Virus record (IMG/VR): IMGVR_UViG_3300042889_001272
Coordinates: 1 to 64,000 of that record
Length of the DNA stretch: 64,000 nt
Reading direction: 5' to 3' (one strand)
Position 1 is the stretch's first letter. Each line of letters starts with the position of its first letter. Below the pieces are notes generated by a model. That model saw only the letters and a list, made by a program, of their open reading frames with translations, searched no databases and was not told the DNA's origin. The translations under genes and the position numbers were made by a program. This document shows positions 18,360 through 28,214 of this stretch, piece after piece.

Positions 18360-18898
18360 TGAGTGATTGTTACAAGTATTTAAATCTTCCGTTTGAAAAT
18401 AAATTAAGTCCAGTTGACATGCAACAGGCTCATATTAAATTAGACAGACAGTTAATAGACCCAGTCTTTATTGCTTGGCTAGACAGTTTAGATATTGTAA
18501 TAGGATTTAGTGAAATATTTAAAAAACAACCTGGGGAAGATTTCCCGCATAGTTTGCATTTAGATGGTGATGATTTTGATAATCATGTTAAGATAAACTT
18601 TGTGGTAAATCCAGGAACCAGTGTCATGCGTTGGTGGCGCCTTAAACCAGGCAAAGAACATCAAAAAAAAATAACAATAGTGGGCACCAGTTATTTGTGG
18701 GCATACAGAGATGATTGTGATATGGTCGCAGAAAGTGAATTATCACAGCCAGCATTAGTGAATGGCGGCCAATTACACAATGTAGAACAAGTAGATACAG
18801 TTAGATTGTGTTATAGTTTCATGTTATTACATAAAAAAACGCATAATAGATTATTATGGGATGAAGCCGTAGAAATATTTAAGGACTATTTAAAATGA
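18359..18898 (+). CDS. Fe(II)/2OG-dioxygenase-like protein
   Basis: LHLD...KINF...LHNV...R. Confidence 0.7.
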   Translation: MSDCYKYLNLPFENKLSPVDMQQAHIKLDRQLIDPVFIAWLDSLDIVIGFSEIFKKQPGEDFPHSLHLDGDDFDNHVKINFVVNPGTSVMRWWRLKPGKEHQKKITIVGTSYLWAYRDDCDMVAESELSQPALVNGGQLHNVEQVDTVRLCYSFMLLHKKTHNRLLWDEAVEIFKDYLK

Positions 18899-19653
18899 CA
18901 TTCACATATAGAAAAATTGAATTACCCGTTGATCCCAGTACTATAGAAGAGATACATCGTCAATATCCGTGGCCTGCAAATCCAGAAACAGGTGTCAAGC
19001 GTAGCTATTTTTCACATTACAAATTCGATCATAGAAAATTAAATCACAAGTTTATTGAAATGATGGAATGGGGTGGAATGACCATTAAACACAGCGAAGT
19101 ATTTTATCGTCCTGGCACTGGCGAAACGTTTGATGCTTTTATTCATGTTGATGGACATAAACTTGTAGATTGTATAGGCAAGATCAACTGGGTCATTGGA
19201 GCACGTGGTAATATCATGCACTGGTTTGAAACTGTGGTTGAGATACAACCAAGGCACATGCTAGTAACAAATGCAGGCACAAAATACCTGACATTTTTAC
19301 CAGAAGATGTTAAAAAAATAGATTCCACAGATATGCATGGTTTGTATGTAGTTAATGCAGGTATTCCGCACAGTGTAGACATGATAGACGGCAGTCCTGA
19401 TGAGCCTAGAATCTGTTTGAGTATCGTACCTACATACATCCAAACGCCAGCAGGTAAAAAACCAAACAGCAATATAGGCGGCAACGAGATTTATCTAAGA
19501 TTGATATTTGGTTCTGTTATCATGGGAATTAACACCGTGGAACATTATGTACAAGAAAATAAAAGACTGACAGGTGAAGAACCTTCTCAATATGCTATAG
19601 AAGTATTGGCAGATAAAATGCAGGAAAGAATCCAGAGAGACTTGAAAAATTAA
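18895..19653 (+). CDS. Fe(II)/2OG-dioxygenase-like protein
   Basis: IHVD...KINW...GIPHSV...R. Confidence 0.7.
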   Translation: MTFTYRKIELPVDPSTIEEIHRQYPWPANPETGVKRSYFSHYKFDHRKLNHKFIEMMEWGGMTIKHSEVFYRPGTGETFDAFIHVDGHKLVDCIGKINWVIGARGNIMHWFETVVEIQPRHMLVTNAGTKYLTFLPEDVKKIDSTDMHGLYVVNAGIPHSVDMIDGSPDEPRICLSIVPTYIQTPAGKKPNSNIGGNEIYLRLIFGSVIMGINTVEHYVQENKRLTGEEPSQYAIEVLADKMQERIQRDLKN

Positions 19654-20228
19654 CCTAATGCTGCCGCAACTTGCTCAAAGTCTGGGTTAGTTGCAAATCT
19701 AAATGTAATCAAACATCTAGTACGATCAGTTACAGTGACCGCATGTGGCTGATTAACTGCAACCAAAGTGGGAGTATCGATAATTACTCTGTCAGCGACA
19801 TCCGGTATGTAATCGTCGTCGTCATCGCTCCAAATTAATTCCAAGTGTTTTCTAACTATACCATCTCGTCCCTTGACTGATGCTACTGAAATTTCGTAGT
19901 CTCCTGTGTACCATTCCATGTAGCTGTCATCGCAGTTAAGCAAAGGAATATTGATAGCACATTTAATACCCTGTGGAGGATCGTCGTTATTACAGTCCAA
20001 ATGTATGGGCTGCTGATAACCTCCAGGACGTCTAAATAATATACAATTATATAGACTGGGCAAAGCTGGGTAATTTTCTTTGAGATACCTGCCCAGAATA
20101 TATTGTGGTTTCTTTAAAAAATATAATTGCATTGCACCAAATTGCATGTCCTGCATTTCAGACAGGGCACAATTTTTAATTTCTTCTATTATAGAATCGG
20201 GTAAATTTAAAGTTTTAAAAAGTTTCAT
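19650..20228 (-). CDS. Fe(II)/2OG-dioxygenase-like protein
   Basis: IHLD...AINIP...PHAV...R...RF. Confidence 0.7.
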   Translation of the reverse strand: MKLFKTLNLPDSIIEEIKNCALSEMQDMQFGAMQLYFLKKPQYILGRYLKENYPALPSLYNCILFRRPGGYQQPIHLDCNNDDPPQGIKCAINIPLLNCDDSYMEWYTGDYEISVASVKGRDGIVRKHLELIWSDDDDDYIPDVADRVIIDTPTLVAVNQPHAVTVTDRTRCLITFRFATNPDFEQVAAALG

Positions 20229-20229
20229 A

Positions 20230-20799
20230 TCATATATTTAATATTGCGGGTAGGTTTTTCCATGGAGTAGTAACGGTTAAATTACTGCGACAACTAATTG
20301 TCCATCTAGGTTTATTCTTTATTTCCACAGAATGTAAAATATCTGTTCTGACTAAAGTAGGCTCTTTGCCTATAACTTTCCTGGCCGGCACCTGTTTATT
20401 ACTTACATCTACCAGTATGTACGGATACTCGATACCTTTATTATTTTTTCCAATTCTAATGTCACTGTCAGTATTAATATGATCATGCCATATCATTTCA
20501 CCATTAGGTTCGCCTATACACCAATTTAATGCGTTAGTCGCAATAGTATTTTTATCATACAAATCATAATGTGCTAATCTAGGATTACTATTAACTGCCT
20601 TGTAAAATAAAAAAACAGTGTCTATTTTAAAATTCAATCGACCGTGTACATATTCTATAAATTGAGATTTTAAGATTTCAGTAGAATAATAAAAAAATAA
20701 AAAATTATCTTTTTTAGTAATTTTAGGAAATACAAAATCTTCCTTTATAGCAAATTGTGCTCCTACTAAATTTGTGTCATAAAAATAATCAGTTGACAT
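20230..20799 (-). CDS. Fe(II)/2OG-dioxygenase-like protein
   Basis: AHYD...ALNW...PTLVRTDILHSV...R. Confidence 0.65.
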   Translation of the reverse strand: MSTDYFYDTNLVGAQFAIKEDFVFPKITKKDNFLFFYYSTEILKSQFIEYVHGRLNFKIDTVFLFYKAVNSNPRLAHYDLYDKNTIATNALNWCIGEPNGEMIWHDHINTDSDIRIGKNNKGIEYPYILVDVSNKQVPARKVIGKEPTLVRTDILHSVEIKNKPRWTISCRSNLTVTTPWKNLPAILNI

Positions 20800-21382
20800 A
20801 CTCTATTTTATCAATATCCGGATCCGGGGAAAATCTAAATGTTGTTACTATTCTTCTAGCAGACGTATTATTGACAACTTTATGTGGGATTCTATTATTA
20901 AACATCTTAGGAGTTTCTAAATTGTATCTTCCTATTTCTTCGGCAATTACCTTATCTTCTTTAAAATATATCCATGGTTCTCCTTGACCTGGAGTAGAAT
21001 TAGTTTGTTCAGGAAGCCCGTAGATTTTATAAAAAATATTCCAATTGTCCGCAGCATTTTCTAAACCGATATTTAATGCCAATTCGTTATTACCAGAGTC
21101 TGCATGAATCCATCCATTAGTCATTGGTGGGATATTAAGAACTTTTGCCACTGTGCAATTTAAGTTATAGCCATCAAAATATTCAAACAATCTGGGACAA
21201 TTCTTTTTTAATTCTTTAAAATCTAATGAGATTGCATTATCGATACTCAGGGTAGTTGCGTTTACTACAGGTAAAACAAACTCTTTTAGTTCTGCTGTTA
21301 GAGATTCGAGTTCCGCTATCAGCGGAGTTTTATATATGAAATTTCTGTGCTTATCTAAACAATCTACTTTATATTCTTGCAT
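20789..21382 (-). CDS. Fe(II)/2OG-dioxygenase-like protein
   Basis: IHAD...ALNI...PHKV.N...R...RF. Confidence 0.7.
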   Translation of the reverse strand: MQEYKVDCLDKHRNFIYKTPLIAELESLTAELKEFVLPVVNATTLSIDNAISLDFKELKKNCPRLFEYFDGYNLNCTVAKVLNIPPMTNGWIHADSGNNELALNIGLENAADNWNIFYKIYGLPEQTNSTPGQGEPWIYFKEDKVIAEEIGRYNLETPKMFNNRIPHKVVNNTSARRIVTTFRFSPDPDIDKIEYVN

Positions 21383-21388
21383 AATATC

Positions 21389-21976
21389 TTATTTTTCGAA
21401 TTTTTGTCTAATTGTATTAAAGTCATCATTAACAACTCGCAGACTGGCACACCATCTCGATGATGTAGTCTTTTGCATAACAATATTATGTAATACTGAC
21501 GTATCAACTAGACAGGGATTATTGTATGACACTTCTTGTATTTTAACACAATCTTCTGTGGCATACTTACGATATGTATAAGGCTTGATTGTTTCTCTAC
21601 CATCTTTGTCTAGCCATTTATAAGTTGAACTGACATCGATATATTTTTCAGGAGTTGCATACCAACGCATCACCCAAGGATCACATGGTAACAAAGTCCA
21701 GTTAATTGCCATACTTGCACGGCGAGCAGGATTATCGCCGACAGGGTCAAGACCATCTATATGTATGGGCACAGGTTTCCCCGGCGCTGTGTAGAATACT
21801 TGTATAACATTGTAGATTAATCCCATATTTTTAATTTCTAAAGCCAAGTCAGGCCTGCACATTTCAATAGGATATGTTATAAACTGATGATTTTCCCCTT
21901 GCGGTAACACGACACCGGGTATTAAAGGCCAATCTTTCCAGACAGCTTTTGTAATCTCATAATATAAACTTTTCAT
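21389..21976 (-). CDS. Fe(II)/2OG-dioxygenase-like protein
   Basis: IHID...AINW...LHNI...R...SLR. Confidence 0.7.
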   Translation of the reverse strand: MKSLYYEITKAVWKDWPLIPGVVLPQGENHQFITYPIEMCRPDLALEIKNMGLIYNVIQVFYTAPGKPVPIHIDGLDPVGDNPARRASMAINWTLLPCDPWVMRWYATPEKYIDVSSTYKWLDKDGRETIKPYTYRKYATEDCVKIQEVSYNNPCLVDTSVLHNIVMQKTTSSRWCASLRVVNDDFNTIRQKFEK

Positions 21977-22000
21977 ATTGCTTGTATTTATAAATATCGT

Positions 22001-23446
22001 TTAAATTGAATTTATTGTTATCAGGTACTTTTTTATAAATTCTTGTTTACGTCTGCGAAATTCGTCGCTGTTGTTGATTCGATCCTGATGCTGTGACATA
22101 ATTTCTTCATTGGTATATCCCAGTGTATGTAATGCTATGTGATTGAATCCTGCAAAGTTTAGACGTTTTCTCTGAGGATTTAATTTTTCAGCATAGGCCA
22201 GCACAGACTTTCGTTTCCAGGTGTCATTATACCATTGATTGTTTGAATCAAATTTAAAACCGTACTTGTCTGCATTGCGTTCGAATTCGCTGATATAACT
22301 TCGTTCATGTAGATTATTAGTGACCTGTAAGCCAAAGAATATCACATTTATCATGTGCTGATTCGCCCACAGTAAGCTACCTTGAAGATCATCTGCGGTT
22401 TCGCCTGGCAGTCCCACTATCAGTCCGCAATGAGCAGATATTTTATTTTTCCATATTTTATGAACTAGCTCTGGAACAAACTCACGGGCGCTTTTACCAC
22501 TCCAGCCCTTGCCTACAATTTTACTAGCAGTAGGATGTAGACTCTCTATGCCAAAGAATGCGCCGCGCAGTCCAGTCTCTGCCAGCTTGTCTGCCATGCC
22601 CTTGAATCTATGCACTAAGTCTGCTCTAATATAGGCTGCATATTCTATATTAAACGGCAAGCTTCTTGTGAGTTCTAAAAAGCTGTCTATCTTATATTCA
22701 CTGTCATTGAATGTGTCGTCCAGCATGATATAACTGGTAGTCTGCCACTTATTATAGTTGTTTTCTAGATATTTTTTTACAGAATCATTAGATTTTAAAT
22801 AATCAAATTTCTTTTTACCCAAATGGGGATACGCACAAAAACTACATTTGAAGATACAGCCTCGAGCAGTTTCCATAGGCAATACTTCGCCAGTCTGTAC
22901 ACAGTCTTCATCCTGCCACATAAAGTCACAACTTTGTATCTGGTAATTTTTGTTTATGGGATTTCTATAAGTCAGCTTATTCGTAGTGGGATTTATTTCA
23001 CGTTCAGGTTCTGATGCTTTTTTTGTCCAGTAATCCAGAACTTCCGCAAAAGTATCTTCACTTTCTCCTATGAACACACAGTCTATGTCTTCTATTCGTT
23101 TTCTCATATAACTACTGTGCGCTCCACCTAGTATTACTTTGATATCTGGATATTCTGCTTTGATTAGTTTTACCGCTTGATAGATGTTGGGAGGAATACC
23201 GTTGTCATATGTATAATAATGTTGTGACTCGTCGAACCAAAATGTACTACTCAGTGCCAAGCATATAGTATCAGCAGTGACAAAATTTTTAAATAGCTCC
23301 AGTAACTGAGTTGCAGTCCACTCTTGGCAAAAATCTATAACTCGACTGTTGTATCCTCGTTTTTTTAACTGATGTTTTAGTAGATAGGGACCTAACGCAC
23401 GTTGCGGAATAACTGAATAAATACTGTTTAGAAATATAACGTGCAT
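22001..23446 (-). CDS. B12-binding-domain radical SAM protein
   Basis: N-terminal Rossmann-like domain (VILGGAH, GESE), ETARGCIFKCSFC, DDTFN, FGIES, IVGLPGET. Confidence 0.88.
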   Translation of the reverse strand: MHVIFLNSIYSVIPQRALGPYLLKHQLKKRGYNSRVIDFCQEWTATQLLELFKNFVTADTICLALSSTFWFDESQHYYTYDNGIPPNIYQAVKLIKAEYPDIKVILGGAHSSYMRKRIEDIDCVFIGESEDTFAEVLDYWTKKASEPEREINPTTNKLTYRNPINKNYQIQSCDFMWQDEDCVQTGEVLPMETARGCIFKCSFCAYPHLGKKKFDYLKSNDSVKKYLENNYNKWQTTSYIMLDDTFNDSEYKIDSFLELTRSLPFNIEYAAYIRADLVHRFKGMADKLAETGLRGAFFGIESLHPTASKIVGKGWSGKSAREFVPELVHKIWKNKISAHCGLIVGLPGETADDLQGSLLWANQHMINVIFFGLQVTNNLHERSYISEFERNADKYGFKFDSNNQWYNDTWKRKSVLAYAEKLNPQRKRLNFAGFNHIALHTLGYTNEEIMSQHQDRINNSDEFRRRKQEFIKKYLITINSI

Positions 23447-23474
23447 GCCTTATTTATAGTGGATAAATATATTC

Positions 23475-24185
23475 ATGGAAACTTTAAATTATTGCTATCA
23501 CCAAAGTGACTTTAAATTCAGCGCAGAAGCTGAAAAATGGATACGTGATACTTATCACTATCCTTATTTAAATAAATTTGTAGCCTACGACAAGTATTCT
23601 ACTGCTAACAGCGAAAAAAATATTTTAAATAAAAAAATTACATGGCAAGGCACTAAGGCTTTGGAAGAACTTCGAGACTATTTGTCAAGTTGGGGGATTG
23701 CACGTGATTACGTTGGTAGTGAACTATGTGGCCCTGACGTTTTTATCAGTAACAGTCAGATACATGCACAACCTGGCTGGCCGCACATAGACGGACATAA
23801 ATGGGACAATATCAATCCCAATAAACGATTACCAGTATTAACACGGTTTAATGTGGTTATAGAATACAATCCAGATGATCCCATGCATTGGTGGGAGGAT
23901 GTAACTCCTGGGCATCCAATGGTTGGGCAAATCGATCATAATGTCAATGGCCATCGTAACAATCAATATCTTGCTATTAAAGGCGCAAACCATAAAGAAA
24001 AATGGAATAACCTAGGAACACCCAGTACGACAAAACACGGACTATATAAAAATCATTGCTCTGCATTTTTGCGGACAGACTGTGCTCATTGTCTAGATAT
24101 AAATAAACCAGGATTTAGATTGGTTGTTTCACTGGCATTAGACTGTACCCTAGAAGAATTATACAAACGTCGAGGCTTATTATAA
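23475..24185 (+). CDS. Fe(II)/2OG-dioxygenase-like protein
   Basis: PHID...RFNV...RTDCAH...R; ATAAATA 5 nt before the ATG. Confidence 0.6.
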   Translation: METLNYCYHQSDFKFSAEAEKWIRDTYHYPYLNKFVAYDKYSTANSEKNILNKKITWQGTKALEELRDYLSSWGIARDYVGSELCGPDVFISNSQIHAQPGWPHIDGHKWDNINPNKRLPVLTRFNVVIEYNPDDPMHWWEDVTPGHPMVGQIDHNVNGHRNNQYLAIKGANHKEKWNNLGTPSTTKHGLYKNHCSAFLRTDCAHCLDINKPGFRLVVSLALDCTLEELYKRRGLL

Positions 24186-25664
24186 ATTCAATAGCAGTTG
24201 TTTATAGTCATCAACATATTTTGCTTTACGCTTTAAAAAAGTACTATCTGTTAAAAAACCGTTGTGTGTGAGTTGACTACTTGTAATTTTCCATAGTTCT
24301 TCATCAGTATATCCAAATGCTCTGAGTTGAATATGAAACCAACAGCTGATACGTTTCAGTTTACGTTTGTAGTTTAAATCTTCCATGGCGAATTTTTGAG
24401 CTTTGTGATGTGTCCATAAGTCATTGTACCACCAACCCTTGTCGTCAAATTTATAACCGTACTGTTCTGCATTACGTTCAAACTCACTGTAGAAAGCTAC
24501 TCCGTCCATACTGCCTGCCATTAAACTTGCAGGACTACTGATTCCCAAGCCAAGCCAGAATGTCATGATATCGTTGTCATTGACCCAAGTCAATGTATCA
24601 CGTAGACTGTCGGCATCTTCGCCCGGTAAACCTGCAATAAACCCAGTAGTAACATTAACTCGATCTTTCCATATGTCGTGTAACAGATGCGGGATATATT
24701 CTTTGGCACTTTTACCACTCCATCCCTTTCCCACAGCCTGACTGGCAACAGGGTTTAAACTTTCTAAGCCAAAGAAACATGCTTCTAATCCAGTCTCTTG
24801 TAATTTTTCCGCCATACCATTAAACCTATGAACTAGGTCAGCACGTATATAAGCAACATATCCAATTTTGAATGGTAATGTTCTTGTCATGTCTAACAAT
24901 GTGTCTATTTTATATTCACTGTCATTAAACGTATCATCTAACATAATATAATGTGTAGTTCCCCAATTCTCGTAATTATGCATTAAATGATTACGGATAT
25001 GATCAATGGGTTTTAAGTAATCCATTTTCTTTTTACCCAAATGCGGATAACTACAAAATTTGCATTTAAAAATACAACCGCGAGCAGTTTCCATAGGCAA
25101 AGGTTCTCCGTGAACAATAGCATCTTGATTGCTCCACATAAAATCACATTTGCTTATATCATAATTTTTGTTTATACATTGACTGTAATACGGTTTGTTA
25201 ACTGTGTCATTTGTTTTCATTGGAGGCTCTTCTGTACCTTTGGTCCAATGATCTAATAACTCTATGAATAAATCTTCTGCTTCACCAATTACTAATGCAT
25301 CGACATGATCTACCTTGCTACCTACATTACGTATACCAGCTCCACCTAATACGATTTTAATATGTGGGAACTCTGCTTTAATTCTACGGCTAGCGATGTC
25401 CAGATTAGGAGGCATGCCTCCGTTGTTATCCCATATTTTTTGTTCGATATCACGCCAGAACGTTGTACTAAAACCCAAGCATATTGTAGTGTCATCGATG
25501 AAATGTTTAATCAATTCATACATTGTGTCTGCTGTAAATTCTTGACAATGATCTATCACTTGACAAGAATAATTATTTTTTTCAAGTACGTGTCTAAGCA
25601 AATATGGCCCAAGACTTCTACTGGGCATGATATCATAAATGCCGTTGATTAAAATTACATTCAT
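24180..25664 (-). CDS. B12-binding-domain radical SAM protein
   Basis: ETARGCIFKCKFC, DDTFN, FGLES, IAGLPGE; close paralogue of 22001-23446. Confidence 0.88.
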   Translation of the reverse strand: MNVILINGIYDIMPSRSLGPYLLRHVLEKNNYSCQVIDHCQEFTADTMYELIKHFIDDTTICLGFSTTFWRDIEQKIWDNNGGMPPNLDIASRRIKAEFPHIKIVLGGAGIRNVGSKVDHVDALVIGEAEDLFIELLDHWTKGTEEPPMKTNDTVNKPYYSQCINKNYDISKCDFMWSNQDAIVHGEPLPMETARGCIFKCKFCSYPHLGKKKMDYLKPIDHIRNHLMHNYENWGTTHYIMLDDTFNDSEYKIDTLLDMTRTLPFKIGYVAYIRADLVHRFNGMAEKLQETGLEACFFGLESLNPVASQAVGKGWSGKSAKEYIPHLLHDIWKDRVNVTTGFIAGLPGEDADSLRDTLTWVNDNDIMTFWLGLGISSPASLMAGSMDGVAFYSEFERNAEQYGYKFDDKGWWYNDLWTHHKAQKFAMEDLNYKRKLKRISCWFHIQLRAFGYTDEELWKITSSQLTHNGFLTDSTFLKRKAKYVDDYKQLLLNL

Positions 25665-26287
25665 ATGAGTTTTAATTTTTCTTTAAAGTCGTCTGTGAAT
25701 AACCCATCTAATCTAATACTCCATCTGAGTCCGGACTCGGCTAAAGTATAGTGTTCCACATAATTATTAAACCATGCAATATGTGCTGTTTGTACTTCAT
25801 TGACAAACAGTTTCTTTCCCATGGTGGGAGATGTTATCCATATGAATTCAGAATTTTTTCTATACTCTTCCGGTGCATTTTTTAAATCTTGATCCACGTG
25901 TTTTGGAGTATTGGAATTTTGCAACTGAATAAACACTATCTGCCTGCCTACTTGTTTGAAAATATTGCTGTCTTTGATCCATGTTTGTAACAAGAGAAAA
26001 TTTTCAATGTTAGCAGTAGGAGTCCAATGTTCTTCATGTCCCAACTTATACCATGCATCATGCCATGTATTTGCGGTAGTTAATAAAATGTCTAAACCTT
26101 TCAATGAATCGCCTGTGGTAATCGTTTTATGCCAAACTTGCTGCTCTGGTGTTAGGCCGGCTATGCTATGATTGTGTCCATAAAATATACTTGCTTTCTT
26201 TGCAGACTTGGCAATACCCAATGAGATTTCATCCCAGGGAAATAAAGTAGTGTCTATGATAGAAGTTAAATCGTAGACATCTTTCAT
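25661..26287 (-). CDS. Fe(II)/2OG-dioxygenase-like protein
   Basis: GRQIVF...KHVD...WFN...H...SIRLDG. Confidence 0.6.
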   Translation of the reverse strand: MKDVYDLTSIIDTTLFPWDEISLGIAKSAKKASIFYGHNHSIAGLTPEQQVWHKTITTGDSLKGLDILLTTANTWHDAWYKLGHEEHWTPTANIENFLLLQTWIKDSNIFKQVGRQIVFIQLQNSNTPKHVDQDLKNAPEEYRKNSEFIWITSPTMGKKLFVNEVQTAHIAWFNNYVEHYTLAESGLRWSIRLDGLFTDDFKEKLKLI

Positions 26288-26910
26288 TCTTTAATTAGTG
26301 GTGTAAATTTATCCAAAGCACCTTCCCATGAATGATTGAAATCTTCTTCAAAGAATCTAACACTTACTCCTACTCTGACAGTATTGGGATTATTAAAAAG
26401 AGTTGCATGTGGAATATCAGTTCTAACCAAAGTCGGGCCGTCTATAGTTGTTTGATCTAATAATTTTGCATTTTCGGGTATTCCCATTTTAAAACGTTCA
26501 CCAAAATGTATACCATTTAAATAATTAAATTTACTTTTATCAACTGGCTGTCCAACTGGCCAACATTCTTTAATTCCAGTCATGTCATACCAATAAAAAT
26601 CATTATGACTGCCTTCTATTTCCCAATTAACTCCTGCAACCAATTTACGCCAATTCTCTGGAACGTTATCATCATAAGCAATATCTGCGTGTATCATTCT
26701 ATTTTTTGGCGATGATGTACTGTCTCCGCGACCAAACAGCACCACCATCTTTGGACGCAATCCGATATTTTTAAAAATATCCAATACCTCGGATGTCAAA
26801 ACTTCATTGGGTAAAACAATATTGTATCCAGCAGTGATAGCACGTTGTGTTACTTCTTTGCTGTTCTTCAAAGGATTAATCGGCAAATTTAATTTTTTAA
26901 AATATGACAT
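26284..26910 (-). CDS. Fe(II)/2OG-dioxygenase-like protein
   Basis: IHAD...GVNW...PTLVRTDIPH...R...SVRF. Confidence 0.7.
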   Translation of the reverse strand: MSYFKKLNLPINPLKNSKEVTQRAITAGYNIVLPNEVLTSEVLDIFKNIGLRPKMVVLFGRGDSTSSPKNRMIHADIAYDDNVPENWRKLVAGVNWEIEGSHNDFYWYDMTGIKECWPVGQPVDKSKFNYLNGIHFGERFKMGIPENAKLLDQTTIDGPTLVRTDIPHATLFNNPNTVRVGVSVRFFEEDFNHSWEGALDKFTPLIKE

Positions 26911-26974
26911 AAATGTATTCTAGTTACAGTTATTTATATTTCATAATGTTAAATAAAGCACAACCGAGGAATAT

Positions 26975-27337
26975 ATGGACTACTGGGGTTATCATTTAAT
27001 TTTAGACTGTGGACAATGTGATCCTGCAAAGATGTCGGATTACGACAATGTTGATGTTTGGATTCGTAAACTTGTTAAAGACATTGACATGCAACCAATT
27101 GGCGAACCACGCATCGAATACACTGCCGCAGAGTTTCCTGATAAAGCAGGCTTTACTGTAGTGCAAGTGATTGTAACTAGTTCAATTGTTGCTCACTTTG
27201 TTGATGGTCTGGGGCAAATTTATTTAGATGTTTTTTCATGTAAACCGTTTGATCTCGCCGTAGTTGAGCAAAGCATGAAAGAACATTTCGGCTGTGCTAA
27301 GAGTAGGAAATACTTTTTAACTAGACAAGCAGATTAA
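26975..27337 (+). CDS. speD: S-adenosylmethionine decarboxylase proenzyme (SpeD/SpeH-like)
   Basis: GYHLILD, GFTVVQVIVTSSIVAHF, YLDVFSCKPF. Confidence 0.8.
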   Translation: MDYWGYHLILDCGQCDPAKMSDYDNVDVWIRKLVKDIDMQPIGEPRIEYTAAEFPDKAGFTVVQVIVTSSIVAHFVDGLGQIYLDVFSCKPFDLAVVEQSMKEHFGCAKSRKYFLTRQAD

Positions 27338-27987
27338 ACTAACGTTAAGAAATCTACGACCAAATGTGTTCTAGGACTTGTGCCGTTGTTTTGTACTGAA
27401 TGCCGCATTAAATTATTAAAAATAAAACATTCTCCTAGATCAAAATGACGCTTTTCGCCATTGCACGTTATGTAGCTTTCGTTATTTGTTTCTAATACTA
27501 AATGAACTCTAGTAGTTTCTTCTACAAGTCGATGGCCATCTATATGACTTTTAATTTGTGTATTTGATGGCAGTGTGTTGATTTCCACTCCGTGTGTATA
27601 ATATTGTCGCTGATTGTAATTGTTCAATGCTGCCATCATTTTTGTAGCCAATGGCATAATTAGATCTCGTACATTACGACTAAACTCCATGCGTTCAATG
27701 CTGTTATCAAGTCCAAGATGCCAAAACAAGCCGGCCCAATTGGCATCAGTGTTTTCTTCAGGATTGATACAGCCATTTGCCAATCGTATATATTTAGATT
27801 CAGCGAAGTCGGCTCTTCCTTTGATGTTCGGAGTCAGTAAATGTTGTACTGCCGGATCAGTTATGTATGCTAAAAGATTGTTTATTTCTTCTTTTGCAAT
27901 ATCAACGGTCAATGACTGGAAAGGAACGTCTAGTTTGACATTGGATTTCAAATAATTGAGCGTTTTAAATAATAGTCCAAATTCCAT
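27334..27987 (-). CDS. AspH/beta-hydroxylase-like dioxygenase
   Basis: HID...RVHLVLETN...G...FNN...HSVQN.G...RTHLVVD. Confidence 0.8.
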   Translation of the reverse strand: MEFGLLFKTLNYLKSNVKLDVPFQSLTVDIAKEEINNLLAYITDPAVQHLLTPNIKGRADFAESKYIRLANGCINPEENTDANWAGLFWHLGLDNSIERMEFSRNVRDLIMPLATKMMAALNNYNQRQYYTHGVEINTLPSNTQIKSHIDGHRLVEETTRVHLVLETNNESYITCNGEKRHFDLGECFIFNNLMRHSVQNNGTSPRTHLVVDFLTLV

Positions 27988-28024
27988 AATATTATTTATA
28001 ACAATAAATAGACTACAGTATTAA

Positions 28025-28146
28025 TTGACACAAAGTAAAAAATGTTGTATAATAGACTTTGTTAAGCAGTAATTCATCGTACTCATTGTTTAACAAGAAC
28101 TAGTTAGCCAAATTTAATTGACATTAATTGAATTCTATGTTACAAT
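28025..28146 (+). promoter_or_regulatory. Tandem sigma70-type promoters driving the second RNA array
   Basis: TTGACA-17-TATAAT (28025-28053) and TTGACA-17-TACAAT (28118-28146). Confidence 0.8.
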
Positions 28147-28214
28147 AGTTCTATGTTAAGCAATTAACAATGTTCTTTAAAAAGTTATCCCACATATGAA
28201 ACGCTGTGAAGCGT

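Noticed and set aside
5938-27987. Specific call as a carbapenem, lasso-peptide or isonitrile cluster
   Set aside because: The family mix is reminiscent, but no crotonase (CarB), lasso peptidase/RRE/precursor or NRPS/ACP was seen.
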